The notes below the pieces were generated by a model that was not told where the DNA came from, searched no databases, and was given only the letters and a program-made list of their open reading frames with translations. Both the position numbers and the translations under genes were made by a program. A DNA stretch of 64,000 nucleotides from Octopus sinensis. Lineage: Eukaryota. Position 1 is the first letter of the stretch, and each line of letters begins with the position of its first letter. The stretch lies in assembly GCF_006345805.1 (NCBI RefSeq), contig NC_043000.1:73718001-73782000 (forward strand). The letters run 5' to 3'. Below are positions 11,813 through 24,547 of the stretch, in pieces.

Positions 11813-12099
11813 GGAATCTCTGTGGCAACAAAGGGCGTTGATCTATAAATAAGTTTTTATTTTATCTATAATTTTACTTCGTGCAATTTTTTTTTTTTCA
11901 GTACAAAAACTCTTGTTCGCTACGGTAATGGTAGGGACATGGTTTCAGTTGTTGGTTTCAGCTACTTTACTAGCTACCAGTAATATACTTAATGTAGATT
12001 GAACCGAATAGTTTACTCTTAACATTGTATCTATGGAAATACTGAGTGGTGGAAATAATTGGGAATACTTGATTAAATACAAGAAATGAAAATGTTACG

Positions 12100-12865
12100 T
12101 GAGAGTTAACAAAGAGTGAATTATCAAGGTATTATCGCGGAAAAAGAGAACATGGGTGAACGTTAACAGAGTAAGAGCATTAACAGGGACAGGAGATGTA
12201 CTTTAACAGAGGGCGAACATTAACATGAGGTTAGCGTTGAGAAGTATTAACAGGAGAATAAAGTTTACAGGAAGTATACATTAACAGATAGTGAATGTTT
12301 ATCAGAGTGACTGAACTCACATTAATTTGGGGGTGCAGAGCTGGCATTTCTCACTAGCTAAAGAAAGCCGAGTAACAGGATCTGGTTGATGAAGCTTTGG
12401 TCAAAAGATGTTACACAGCTTCATACTTATTGAAGTCAGCCGACGCGGTTTTCCAGTAAGACTTGTGTACTATTTCTTACAGAAGAAGATTGGTCTGGAA
12501 CTCAAATAACTGAAGACGGCAACCAAAAATATCTCCATGGCAACTGAAACCGGTTTAAGGTGGTTCTGGTTGTGGTTGTCAAGAGATTGCACATGGAACC
12601 CTTCTGTAGGTGAAGGTTAAGTCAGTCCTCGCTTCCCCACTAAGGTAAAGCGAGTAGGCAAACAAGCGAGACGCTTGCGATCCTGAGATGCTTGCTGAAG
12701 ATACACTAGGGTTTCCGCCGTTGCGATAACTTTAGTCGTCATCAGGAGAACTGGCAATACCTTTAAGTAGCTCCTGCAATTTTCGCTTGAAGCAAAAGAT
12801 TTCTTATGTTTCGTTGCACTTAACAGGGGTAAACGCTAACAAGAGTTGTACGTTAACAGAGGAAA
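12100..12865. repeat. Degenerate TTAACAG minisatellite split by a ~500-bp insert
   Basis: About 9 TTAACAG-like motifs at ~20-bp spacing in 12100-12310 and 3 more in 12820-12865. Confidence 0.5.
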
Positions 12866-13063
12866 TGGAACTTTTGAAGTCTGCAGCAAGAGTGAAAATT
12901 CACTTTGACCACTCCAATACCGATAAAAATGTGGAGGACTTTAAACAATTACGTCAATAGTAGAAAGAGTATTAAGCTCTCTAGTTGTGAGCGGGTTCTG
13001 ACGTCTACACGAAACGATTCTTGCTCCATCTCACACTCTTTCCTTTATAAAAGAATATTAGTA

Positions 13064-13583
13064 TGTAACGGGAACTCGTTGCTTCTTTACACTTTTGGGG
13101 TGCAACTTGGGTGCAACACAATTTCCTTTCTTTTTGTTTCTAGAAACTACCAGTCAGGAACGAAAAGCAAGTTTAGAAATATATAATTCTTTATTCTCTT
13201 ATACAAAAATGAAACACGATGGTATACTGGTATCCATTCTTACAACAATTCAGTAGCAATAGATAGGTTAAATCCCAAGTGTCTGGGACAGGGGAATAGG
13301 TTGATCACACGTATGAAAGTACGTCCTTTCCCTTCGATCGCTGTGCCTCAAGTCTTAGCGTCCAGAGACAGCGGAATAAAATTGGTCTGCAACAATTTCG
13401 TATGAAAGTCGTTCTGCTACTGCCTGTCTCTCTGTACCCCTTTGTTCAGGGAACCTCCCTCGCCTATCAACTAATGCCACATCAGCATTTCCTTCTTCAG
13501 TGGTTCGTGAGAGGGCACTTCCCTTCTGCCTTTCCAGAAGGCTCCAAATCCGCACGCGCACACTGATGTATAACGTCACTACA
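13064..13583 (-). mobile_element. Solo LTR (gypsy-like)
   Basis: TGTAAC...CACTACA termini, 4-bp TSD AGTA (13060-63, 13584-87), AATAAA on the minus strand near 13190. Confidence 0.75.
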
Positions 13584-13789
13584 AGTATTTCAATTTTGTT
13601 ATGGCCATAAATACGTTATGACATAGATACATACATCATATATAGGTCGCAAAGTCCCCTCCTTCCATTGTAAAGGGGGTTAGTGGAAGATATGAACGCT
13701 GATATTTTGAGGAATAATCTGAATTTCATTAAGGATGTATAAAAGTCTTTCCCAGGGTAGTTTTTTTTGCGAATTTACAAAGATACTTA

Positions 13790-14036
13790 TTCTGGCAGTC
13801 ATGTTCGGGATTAGCTCCATCTGATGTTCACTTTCATTAGCCGTTGTTTTCCACCAATCAATTTAGTATTCCAATGTTTCATACTTCATTAATCATTATC
13901 TCCATGTTTTCTGCCATACCAAAAATTGCTTTACCTATCCAACTGCACAGTGCCATGTCATATGCTTTTCTGTAATCCAGCCATGTTACAATCAATCCCG
14001 TCAATCTACGTTGACAATTTGTAATTATCATTTTAT
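13790..14036 (-). mobile_element. R4/Dong-like RT fragment
   Basis: VDKMIITNCQRRLTGLIVTWLDYRKAYDM..SWI. Confidence 0.6.
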
Positions 14037-14432
14037 CAACTAACTGCAGTATCGCCCGGCGTTGCTCGGGTTTGTTTCGACCCTTCAGAATTGGAACTTT
14101 TGAAAAGTAAAAATTGTGCATTATGTAGCTTGTTATTCTCTTTAAGTGAACATTTTTCTGGTTGAAATACACCGAAAAATGGCGATACAGCAGTCAAAAA
14201 ATCGTAAAAAATCGGTATTTTAATAGAAAAAAAGCGCCTTTTTGATGTAAATAATTTTTGGTGTTAACATGGTCCGATTTGAATTTTTTTCTTCTACTGA
14301 AGGAAGAGCAAGTCTTCTATCATACTCTCAATTTTGGTCAACTTGCACCACAGGGTCTTAGAGGAGATAGTGTTAGTTGAAGGCTAGCAAACCTGCCATA
14401 CACAGACAACTTCAGCTTTATATATATAGAGA
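14037..14432 (+). mobile_element. Non-autonomous Helitron/Helentron-like element
   Basis: 5' GCAGTATCGCCCGGCGTTGCTCGGG hairpin; 3' ACAGACAACTTCAGCTTTATATATATAGAGAT; interrupts the R4-like RT. Confidence 0.55.
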
Positions 14433-14514
14433 TGAAGTATATCACTGACATACTAACAATTACAATTGCATCTGTGTAAGCAGTAGTCAACTTGGTTTTT
14501 GCTCCCATTTAATC

Positions 14515-14882
14515 TTGTATTAGTCATTGGACTGTAGCCATCCTGGGGCACCACCTTGAAAGATTCAGTCATAGAACTCAACTCCAGTATTTATGTTTCT
14601 AAATCTGGTGGTTGTCATATCAGGGTCATTTCTCCAACTGCTTAGTCATGGGGTCATAAACAAACCAACACCAGTTGTCAAACAGTGGGGGTGGAGGGAC
14701 AAAACAAACCCAAAGACACACACACAGATATATATACACATGATGAGCATTTTCAGCTTCCATTCACAATGCTTTGGTTGGCCCAGGGCTATAGTAGAAG
14801 ACACTTGCCCAAGATGCCACACAGTGGGACTGAACCTAGAACCATGTGAGGAAGCAAACTTCTCACCACAGCCACACCAGCA
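14515..14882 (-). mobile_element. tRNA-derived SINE (same family as 34898-35285)
   Basis: Head GGCTGTGGTGAGAAGTTTGCTTCC..GGTTCAGTCCCACTG, plus body and tail. Confidence 0.7.
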
Positions 14883-15029
14883 TGGATGTTTTTCATATAT
14901 ATCTTTTTTATTTAAGTGAGAAGGGCAGTGTCAAAGACTCTTTATAGGGTCTTTGAAACTGGGTGGGAGGAAGATGCTCTTAAACAGGTTAGTTGCTTGC
15001 AACAGCATGAGCTCCTCTACTGGAGACAC

Positions 15030-15610
15030 CTAATACCCAAGGTATTAGTGGTGTTAAACTGGCTGACGGATTAAGTCTACCACTCAAGTAGGTCACAGCA
15101 GGTTTTGAACTCGGAACTCAAATGTACCCTGAAAAAAGGTATTCCATCAATGCTCTAATATTTCCACCAGTCCACCACTTTAGAATGGTATTTTAGTTTA
15201 TTGACACCCCACCTCCAAAGGAGGAATGGTAAGGGTGACTTCATGGGGTTTGAACTCAGAACTAAAAGTACCCTGTAAAACTGTACCCCATCAATGCTCT
15301 AATATTTTCATCAGTTCACCACTCTAGAATAGTATTTTATTTTATTGACTCCTCCACTTGCCCCCACCCTACTCAAAGGACAAATGGCATGGTTGACCTC
15401 ATGGGATTTGAACTCAGAACTAAAAGGTACTCCATCATTTAATATTTCAACCAGTCCACTCTAGAATTGTATCTAGAAATAAGACACCACTCTAGAATGG
15501 CATCTTATTTTATTGTCGCCCCACTTCCCCCACCAAAGGACAAATGGTAAGGCTGACCTCATGAGATTTGAACTCAGAATGCAAAAGGTCAGAACAAAGA
15601 ACAAATTCCA
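15030..15610 (-). repeat. Tandem degenerate SINE-head repeats
   Basis: About 4 units with TTTATTGAC..AAAGG..TTTGAACTCAGAAC..CACCACTCTAGAAT at ~150-190-bp spacing. Confidence 0.5.
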
Positions 15611-15703
15611 GAAATCATTTTGTTCAATGCTCTAACGACTCTGCTAATTATCTACTAATTATCTGCCTCATCAACATTTCATATACATTAAATTTAGAGA
15701 CGT

Positions 15704-16100
15704 ACTAGCAGCTAAGCCCGGTTTCACCTGGTCTGTTTGGATGATGTGCCTGTGATCGTTTTTGGTCAGGCATAATCTATAACAGAGTTTCTCAACCTTA
15801 TGATTTCGGGTCCTTTGTTTCGATTGGAGCCTCCAGTCCTGACCCCACCCCATCAGAAAACAGCTTCTAAGCAACTGGTTGTTTTAATGGCGGAATAAAG
15901 AGGAGAATTCCATTAGAAAAAGTTTTAATCAATTTTCTCGGTAAGTATGGATGCTAGGAAAAAATACAAACCACATTCCAATCTATGCACCCGTCTCCAC
16001 ATGTGTGCCATTTTTCATATGAATCCACCCAGCCGTTTGGCTGTGAACCTCAAGACAAGAAAGAATACAACGATCACCCATGTCCAATTTATATTATAGA
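15704..16100 (+). mobile_element. Helentron-like non-autonomous element
   Basis: ACTAGCAGCTAAGCCCGGTTTCACCTGG start; TGTCCAATTTATATTATAGAT end. Confidence 0.45.
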
Positions 16101-16766
16101 TATATACATGTGTATGTGTGTGTGAGCGCACGCGTGCATCTATATATGTGTGCGTGTGTGCATCTATATATGTGTATGTGTGCATCTATTGTGTGTGGGG
16201 GTGTGTGCATGTATGTGTCCCATCGTTATCATCATCATCATCATTACCATTGTTTAACATCTGTTTTTCATGCATGCAGGAGTAGGACGGTAGAAGACTG
16301 CCCCTGTTTTGGCAGGGTTTTTATGGCTGGATGCCCTTCCTAATGTGTGCGTGCGTGTGTGTGTGTATGTGTGTGTGTGTGATCATTCCTTCTTCTCGTT
16401 GTTTAAACATCCATTTTCCATTCTGGCACCGTGGTTGGGTTGATTTGACAGGGCCCAGCAAATGGCAGGGCTGCATCAAGCTCCAGTATCTGCTTTGTCA
16501 TGCATTGTCCACCTCTATGCCCTTTCTAATGCAAACCCCCATTACAGCATGTACTGGGTGCTTTGTTTCATGCCACCAGCACTAGTGAGGCAACCAAGTA
16601 ACTTGCAAGACAGGAGCAGAACAAGGAAAGGAAAAAGGCCCCTTGACTTAGTGGTGGAAGCACTATTTTAAGGAAAGGGGTGTTAGTTTTATGCCAGGTG
16701 TGGGGAGATTAAAGTGTGATAGAGGAACAAGAGCAGGTATGATGCTATAAAGGAGATGGTTTATAG

Positions 16767-17426
16767 CAGTGTTTCTCAACCCGGGTCCCCGGAACCCTGA
16801 GGTTACACAAAAGGGTCCTAGGGGTTCCCCAAGAAAAAGTAAGATAAGCTAATGCTTATTTCATGATTGTACTATTACTATACATTGAGGCATATGGCCT
16901 AGTGGTTAGAGCAGCAGATTTACAGTCGAGGGATCACAGGTTCGAATCTCAGACCAGGTGATGTGTGTGTTTATGAGTGAAACACATAAACTCCACGCAG
17001 CTCCGGCAGAAGGTAATAGTGAACTTCTGCTGACTCTTTCGCCACCACTTTCTCTCACTCTCTTCTCCTGCATTTAGCAGCTCGCCTGCAACGGACCAGC
17101 GTCCCATCCAGATGGAGAACCTATATGCCAATGAAACTGGGAAACCAGCCCTTATTAGCCTGGCATGGCTCAAGAAGGAACAAACAACAAACAAACAATA
17201 TTACTATAGATGTACAACATATTAGTTATTATAATATTGTAATATAGATATTATCCTACCTAACCTATTATGTTGTCAAAAATATATAACAACTATATAT
17301 TTACAAAAAAACAAAAGATGAAGATAGGTGGTATAGACAACAAAGAGATGTATTAGTATAATGGTCGGGAAGTGAAAAAGTCTTTAATGTTTCGAGCCTA
17401 TGCTCTTCCACAGAAAGGAGCATATT

Positions 17427-17513
<87 letters not shown>

Positions 17514-17690
17514 GTAACAATTGCAGCGTGGAAGGTGTTTAAAAGCCATTTAAGAAACACAGAAAAACCGTTAGATTCACTTCAACATTTAAATCTAATT
17601 TGTCAAAATATTTTCATCGCTTTGAGACCGCGACCTGTTCACTGACAAAATTGTGCTGCATCTTATATATATACATATATATATATAAAG

Positions 17691-17741
<51 letters not shown>

Positions 17742-17877
17742 TATATACATATATATATATTTACCATGTGAGCTGCGATGAAAAAAATATGTAAAAGATA
17801 TGGAATATGATTTTTTTTTTTGAGACATGTAACTTATTTTAAGGGTTATGCAAGGGTAAAATGGTTGAGAAATACTG
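16767..17877. mobile_element. hAT (Charlie-like) MITE with nested insertions
   Basis: TIRs CAGTGTTTCTCAACC / GGTTGAGAAATACTG; 8-bp TSD GTTTATAG / GTCTATAG. Confidence 0.75.
16889..17195 (+). mobile_element. tRNA-derived SINE with V-domain-like core
   Basis: A box TGGCCTAGTGG, B box GGTTCGAATC, then CCTGCAACGGACCAGCGTCCCATCCAG; (AAAC)n tail. Confidence 0.7.
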
Positions 17878-18599
17878 GTCTATAGCATCTAAAGATGCTA
17901 TTTCACAAGGATGGGTGGAAGTAACTGAGAAGAAGAAAATAAAGTGGGTAGTGAAAGAGTACCAGAGTAACCTGTCCAGGAGTAAGGAAGTGAGCACAAG
18001 AGAGGACATGGTCAGTGAATGAGGATGGTAAAGGAGAAGAGTGTGTGGTTATAAGAATGTGAGGGGAGGATTAACAGATGGTTAAAGGTGAGGGTAGAGA
18101 TGAATGTAGTGAGTGATGAAATGGGTGAAGGTGTAGCATGGTGGGAGATATCAATATGGGTGAGGGTGGGTGATTAAGGCTAGAGAGAGGAAGAGGTTAC
18201 TCAGGGATGAGAGGTCAGGAAGTAGAGAAAGATGACCAAGGCTTAGGGAGAGTGGAGCAGGAGATGTAGAGGCTACAGTGAGTGTGGCACAGCGACAGGT
18301 ATAAGAGGTATTAAGATGGGGTATGGTGGAGGAGGAGAGGAGATGAGTGGAGGCTGAGAAAAGAAGTAATCAGTGAAAATAGTGTGAAAAGGGATGCTGA
18401 TGAGAATGAGGGATGGAAGTTATGTGTGGTGGGGGGGGAGGCAGTAATTGGTGGCACAAAAGAAGTGTCACCAATTGACTGTCAAAGCCTAGGATAGATG
18501 ATGACAATGACAATTTAACAACTACTTTACTTTATTGACCCCCCAGGTGGGTAACAGTCAAATTTCACCTCAGCTTAATAATCCTTTCTACTATAGGCA

Positions 18600-18790
18600 C
18601 AAAGCATGAAATTTGGGGGTGGGGGGTTGTCGTTTTCATCGGCCCCAGTGCGTAACTGGTACTTATTTAATCAACTCCAAAAGGATAAAAAGCAAAAGCC
18701 GACCTTGGTAGGATTTGAACTCAGAAGATGGACAAAATACCTCCAAGCATTTTGCCTGGCATGCTAACGCTTCTGCCAGCTTGCCATCTT
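18600..18790 (-). mobile_element. tRNA-derived SINE (second family)
   Basis: GGCAAGCTGGCAGAAGCGTTAGC..GAGTTCAAATCC; same family as 21841-22071. Confidence 0.65.
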
Positions 18791-18924
18791 ACCTTAGCTA
18801 AATGATAACAAATCACAATATCTCTGGAGAACAGCTACAGTTACTTTGAAACTTATAAGATAACTGGAAGTTAATAGAGAACCCATGAAAAATATACTGT
18901 ATTGCCTGTGTATAAGGCACACCT

Positions 18925-20515
18925 GGCTGGCACGCCGGGCCTTGGCTGCCTGGCTGGCCCAGCTTAGGCTTGCTGGCTGGAAACTGGCCTAGGCTGGCTG
19001 GCAGGGCCTTGGCTGGCCGGGCTTTGGCTGCCTGGCTGGCCCGGCATTGGCTTGCTGGCTGGAAACTGGCCTTGGCTGACTGGCTGGCTGGCTAACTGGC
19101 CGGACCTTGGCTGCCTGGCTGGCCCAGTCTTGGCTTGCTGGCTGGAAACTGGCCTAGGCTGGCTGGCTGGCCTTGCCATGGATGCCTGGCTAGCCCCTCC
19201 TAGGTTTGCTGGCTGGAATATGGCCTAGGCTTACTGGTTGGCTGGCCCTGTTTTGGATGCATGGCTGGCCTGGCCTAGGTTTGCTTGTTGGAAACTGGCC
19301 TAGGCTGGCTGGCTGATCTGGCATGGCTGCCTGGCTGGCCCAGCCTAGGTTTTCTGGCTGGAATATAGCCTAGGCTTGGTGGCTGGCCTGGCCTTGGCTG
19401 CCCAGCTGGCCAGACCTAGGTTTGCTGGCTGGAAACTGGCCTAGGCTGGCTGGCTGGCAGGGCTTTGTCTGGCTGGCAGGACTTTGTCTGGCTGGCTGGG
19501 TTTTGGCTGGCTGGGTTTTGGCTGGCTGGGTTTTGGCTGGCTGGGTTTTGGCTGGCTGGGTTTTGGCTGGCTGGGTTTTGGCTGGCTGGGTTTTGGCTGG
19601 CTGGCTGGCCCAGCCTTAGTTTACTGGCTGGAAATTTGCCTAGGCTGGCTGGCTGGCCGGCCTTGACTTGCTGGCTGGTAACTGGCCTAGGCTTGCTGAC
19701 TGGCCCTGTTTTGGATGCCTGGCTGGCAGGCCAGGATTTGGCTGCCTGGCTGGCCCGGCCTAGGCTTGCCGGCTGGAAACTGGTCTAGGCTGACTGGCTG
19801 GCCATGCCATGGATGCCTGGCTGGCTGGTCATGCCATGGATGCCTGGCTGGCTGGTCATGCCATGGATGCCTGGCTGGCCTGGCCTAGGTTTGCTGGCTG
19901 GAAATTGGCCTAGGCTGGCTGGCTGAAGGGACTCAGCTGCCTGGCTGGCCCGGCCTAGTTTTGCTGGTTGGAAACTGGCATAGGTTGGCTGGCTGGCCAG
20001 GCCTAGGAAGCCTGGCTGGCTCGGCCTTGGCTTGCTTGCTGGAAACTGGCCTAGGCTGGCTACCTGGCCCTGTTGTGGATGCCTGGTTGGCCCGACCTAG
20101 GTTTGCTGGTTGGAAACTGGCCTTGGCTGGTTGGCTGGCCAGGCTTTGGATGCCTGGCTTGCCCGGATTTGACTTGCTGGCTGGAAACTGGGCTAGGCAG
20201 GCTGGCTGGCTGGGCCTTGGCTGCCTGGCTTGCCCGGCCTAGGTTTGCTGGCTGGAAATTGGCCTAGGCTGGCTGGCCAGGCATTGGCTTGCTGGCTGGA
20301 AACTGGCCTAGGCTGGCTGGCTGGCCCAGATTTGGTTTTTTGGCTGGAACTGGCCTAAGCTGGCTGGCTGGTTGGGCCAGCCAGGCAACCAAGCCAGCCA
20401 GCCTAGGCCAGTTTCCAGCCAGCAAACTAAGGGCCGGCCAGCCAGGCATCCATGGCATGGCCAGCCAGCTAGCCAGCCTAGGCCAGTTTCCAGCCAGCAA
20501 GCCAAAGCCCGGGCC
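18925..20515. repeat. GC-rich GCTG/CCTAGG satellite with inverted terminal block
   Basis: ~60-70-bp units CCTAGGTTTGCTGGCTGGAAACTGGCCTAGGCTGGCTGG; near-perfect 15-mer GGCTGGCTGGGTTTT repeats at ~19485-19605; strand flips at ~20375. Confidence 0.9.
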
Positions 20516-20950
20516 AACCATTCTAAAGCACTTTGATTCTAATCCTTGTTTCCACACTTGAAACTTCTCCTATAGTTCTGATAGTGACTCAGCAATTAGA
20601 GCAAGGTTGTCAGCATAGAGAAGTTCCCAGGGGCATCCTGGGGGGGGGCTGAGGACTGAACCTTAGTGGACCCCTACCTCTACCCTGAATTCTTCCATGT
20701 ACTCGTTGCCAACCCTCATCTTACTTACAGCATCCCTGTACATGGCTTGCACAGCTCTCACTAACCATTCATCTATCCCTAGTTTCCTCATTGACCACCA
20801 GATAAGGGATCAGAGGACCCTGTCAAAGGCTTTCTCCATATCAACAAGGTACAGGGGCTTATCTTTGGCTAGGTATTTCTGCTGCAGCTGTCTTACCAGA
20901 AATATAGCATCAGAGGTGCTTTTCCCTGGCACGAAACCAAACTGCATCTC
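20515..20950 (-). mobile_element. RTE RT fragment
   Basis: MQFGFVPGK..QLQQKYLAKDKP..FDRV..GCPWELLYADN..WKQGLESK; same family as 56543-58267. Confidence 0.85.
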
Positions 20951-21354
20951 ATATATATATGTGTGTGTGTAAAGAAATCAGATTAACCACTCTTTACTAT
21001 GCAATGTAATCAAAGACATAATTCATACCATTATTATAATACTTAGTGCAATTCGATGGTAAGACTCTATTGGAAACTCTTTAGCAAATCTTGATGTTTT
21101 ACCAAGTACATATAGTTGAAGCTCAAACCATGATTCCAGGTGTGGAAGAGAAAACAAACTACTATATACCATATTTTAAAGTGGGTAAGGAATCCGTTTT
21201 TTGTCAAAAATTAGGTTTAAAAAATATGGGAGTTTCTTATACATGGATGGAATTATAATCCCTTACAAACCCATTTTCCCAAATTTTAAGCCCCCAAAAT
21301 TAGGGTGTTTCCTGATACACGAGGGTTCCTTATACAGGTTATAATATGGTTATA

Positions 21355-21520
21355 TGCGGCCTCGGCTGTGAAGTAAGAAGTTTGTTTCCCAGCCATATGG
21401 TTTCAGGTTCAGTCCCAGTGTGACACCTTGAGCAAATTTCTTCCACTATAGCTTTAAGTTGACCAAAGCTTTCTGAGTAGATTTTGGTAGATGGAAGCAG
21501 AATAAAACCAACTGTGTGTG
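21355..21520 (+). mobile_element. SINE head (same family as 34898)
   Basis: GGCTGTGAAGTAAGAAGTTTGTTTCCCAGCC..GGTTCAGTCCCAG. Confidence 0.6.
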
Positions 21521-21566
21521 TGTGTATATATGTGTAGATATGCACACACACACTCACACGTATGTA

Positions 21567-21601
<35 letters not shown>

Positions 21602-21608
21602 TCATATA

Positions 21609-22750
21609 TGAGGAGTTACCTAAAAGTAAATGGAAACGTTCTCTGTGGGACAAGCCCATTGTAGTTCAGGCTTTCACTGCTAGAAGCCACTATCCTCAGG
21701 TATCAGTCTGCCAACAGGTGACATCCAGTGGGATCATACTGCCACATGGTACACCTTTGTTTTGCAATGCTTCTCACCTGTTCATTGACTTTGGCAATGG
21801 CTGTCTTGAAGGAACAGCGTGTTTCCATTAAATTCTGTTTTTTATATTTTTTACTGCCCACATGGGGCTAAACATAGAGGGGATAAACAAGGACAGACAA
21901 AGAGATTAAGTCAGTGACATTGACCCCAGTGTGTAACTGGTACTTATTTTATTAACTCCGAAAGGATGAAAGGCAAAGTCGACCTCAGCTGAATTTGAAC
22001 TCAGAAGGTAAAGACAAATGAAATACTGCTAAGCATTTCGCCCGGTGTGCTAACGTTTCTGCCAGCTTGCCTTCCATGAAATTCTGTTTTCTGCTGGGGA
22101 AAAAAGAGCCAAAACAGTTGTCATGCTTCAAATAGCTTACAAGGACTCTGTCATGAGCGAAACACAAGTTTATGAGTGGCTTACATGCTTTAGGGATGGT
22201 TATTTGTCACTTGAGGACCAATCTTGTTCAGGGTAAATGTCAACATTTCGAATGAATGAAAACATTATGAAAATTCATGAAGTGATCTTGGACAACCATC
22301 ACTGAACAACTGACAAACTTGATATAACTGGTTATGTGCTGGAGCTACTGCCAACGAATTTTGAGCAAGGAATTGCGAATGAAAAGATTTGCAGCAAAAT
22401 TCGTTCCTTGTTTTCTCACCAAAGATCAAAAGCAGTCATGACTGAATTCATGTCAGGAAGCGAAAAAGGTCCAAGTTGATTTGGACCTTTTTTCGAAGGC
22501 CATCAGAAATGATGGAAGCTGGTGCTACAGAATTTGCAGATGTGGAAGAGGCAAAGAAAAAAACAATGCAGGCGTTAAAAGGCATCACTTCGCAGGAGTT
22601 CCAGGACTGCTTCAAACAGTGGAAAACACATCTGGACCAATGCATTGCTTCGAATGGAGAATACTTTGAAGGTCATAAAAGTGTAAACATGTAAAACTAC
22701 AGGAATAAAATAATATTGCAAAATTCCGGTTTCTTTTGGGTAGCCCCTTG
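21609..22750 (+). mobile_element. Internally deleted mariner transposon
   Basis: TA-flanked TIRs TGAGGAGTTACCTAAAAG / TTTTGGGTAGCCCCTTG; transposase remnants QVYEW..FRDG..LED and FADVEEAKKKTMQALKGI..FQDCFKQWK..CIASNGEYFEG. Confidence 0.8.
21841..22071 (-). mobile_element. tRNA-derived SINE inserted in mariner
   Basis: A/B-box-like head; 18-bp TSD TTCCAT(T/G)AAATTCTGTTT at 21823-40 and 22072-89. Confidence 0.8.
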
Positions 22751-22775
22751 TAAATGCACACACACACACACACAC

Positions 22776-22830
<55 letters not shown>

Positions 22831-22933
22831 TAATATAAGAGTAAATAATTATTAATTTCAAAATCAACAATGATTTCCGAGTAGATTTCAGTATGGAAAT
22901 ATAACCATTATTGATAGGAACCTTTTCAAAAAG

Positions 22934-22966
<33 letters not shown>

Positions 22967-23157
22967 GGGCAAGCAATAGGTTGCTTAGCCACATACCGAA
23001 AAATTGTATGTAAAACATATGTGAGTTACATGTATATGTTATATGTGGAGTTACATTTGTAGAAAATAAAAATAAGTGGTCTTTGACTGCTATTTCTAAT
23101 TTTTCGGTATGTGGCTAAGCAACCTGTTGCTTGCCCTTTTTATTTATATATATATAT

Positions 23158-24463
23158 ACTAGCAGAGATACCTGGCATTGCCCGGTTACATTCAATTGAA
23201 GAATTAGACTTTTCTGTTAGATTTTATGTAATGAACTGGAATATCTATATTTCAAATTTCATCAAAATTACAGATGACTGTTATTTCTCTCTTTACACAC
23301 CCTTAAAAAATTGTAATCGTGCCACATGTATCCTATACTACTAATTTTTATGCACATATTCCAAAATTCCAATCTTATTGAACCTGTTAAAAAGATTTTG
23401 CTCCTGAAAAATGAAGGTCATGGAGCTCTAAAATGTGAGAGCTAAGGTCCCTGTTGGGGGTGGGCATCTTAATGTCAACTACAGAATTTGAATTGTTGAG
23501 AATCTTTTTAACTTGGGTCTTATATCTATTGTTTGAATTTCTTTAAAATAGGAAATATATGTTCACTGGGTTTGTAAAAGAGAGCAAATCTAATGGAAAC
23601 CAAAAGACGAATGATCACAATAAGCAGTCAGTTATCCTACCCCTGTCGTTACCACACCCAATGTAGGATTCCTCACCATCCAGGTGACAGGCACAGCCAT
23701 AAGATGCATTACGAATCTATAGCAATTGGAAGTGCGTGACCCAACTGAAATCAACATTAGCAATTGTGTGACGTGAGGGCTAAGGAGAAATTAAAGTGTC
23801 ACCTCTGGAGTTTACAAATGACCACTATACTGATACGTAACTGGACAGAATAAATTTACAATCTATAAATGTCTTTGAATAACCAGTCACTCATCTAGGA
23901 AGGCTGTGAAATCAATGTTACCATCTGGGGACTATGTGTGACCCAGTGATAATAAAAAGACTGAAAGGAGGTCTGTAATCAAATAACTTTACTCAACACT
24001 TTGCAACTGAATCAGTGGAAGCAAAGATGCCTTTCATTTACTTGACAATTTATGCACCACATTGCAGAAATTACAATGTAAGTGTATGTCAAAGCACACT
24101 GTTACCCTGTTGTACCATTGAATTAGAAATAATGCCCAACTTTTATGCTCGGGTAACCCTACAGCTTCCAAGAGCACAACTGTATTCGTTTTTGCTCAGA
24201 TAAAATGACAAAATTTTGGGTGTTAAGTCCCCATGGAGGGGTCTTTCTAATTTGTAAGAAGATGAAATTTTATAAATATTACTTCATTTGTGTCTAATAT
24301 CTATGGTTAAAATTTCTTCAACAGCAAAAATATATGAATTGTCATGGGGTTATGGCCCTTATACATAGAATATAATTTCCAAATTTCATAAAGATCTATT
24401 CAGTACTTTTGAACTAGTTTTGGAAATGACTAAAATTTGGGAGTTAAGGCTCCCATTAGGGTG

Positions 24464-24465
<2 letters not shown>
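23158..24465 (+). mobile_element. Helentron-like element, composite
   Basis: ACTAGCAGAGATACCTGGCATTGCCCGG start; related internal blocks at ~23340-23520 and ~24215-24460; right end uncertain. Confidence 0.35.

Positions 24466-24547
<82 letters not shown>

Noticed and set aside
12512-12760. Hammerhead-like words CTGAAGA..GAAACCGGTT (+) and CTGATGA..GAAACCCTAGTGTA (-)
   Set aside because: Neither forms stem I, and stem II is poor.
16889-16965. tRNA gene
   Set aside because: A/B boxes continue into a SINE body and tail; it is a tRNA-derived SINE head.
17880-18450. Purine-rich stretch, possibly an old PLE or LINE
   Set aside because: Too decayed to assign.
18964-20561. Trp/Gly/Leu/Ala-rich ORFs (WLAGFWLAG..)
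   Set aside because: By-products of the GCTG satellite, open in several frames on both strands.
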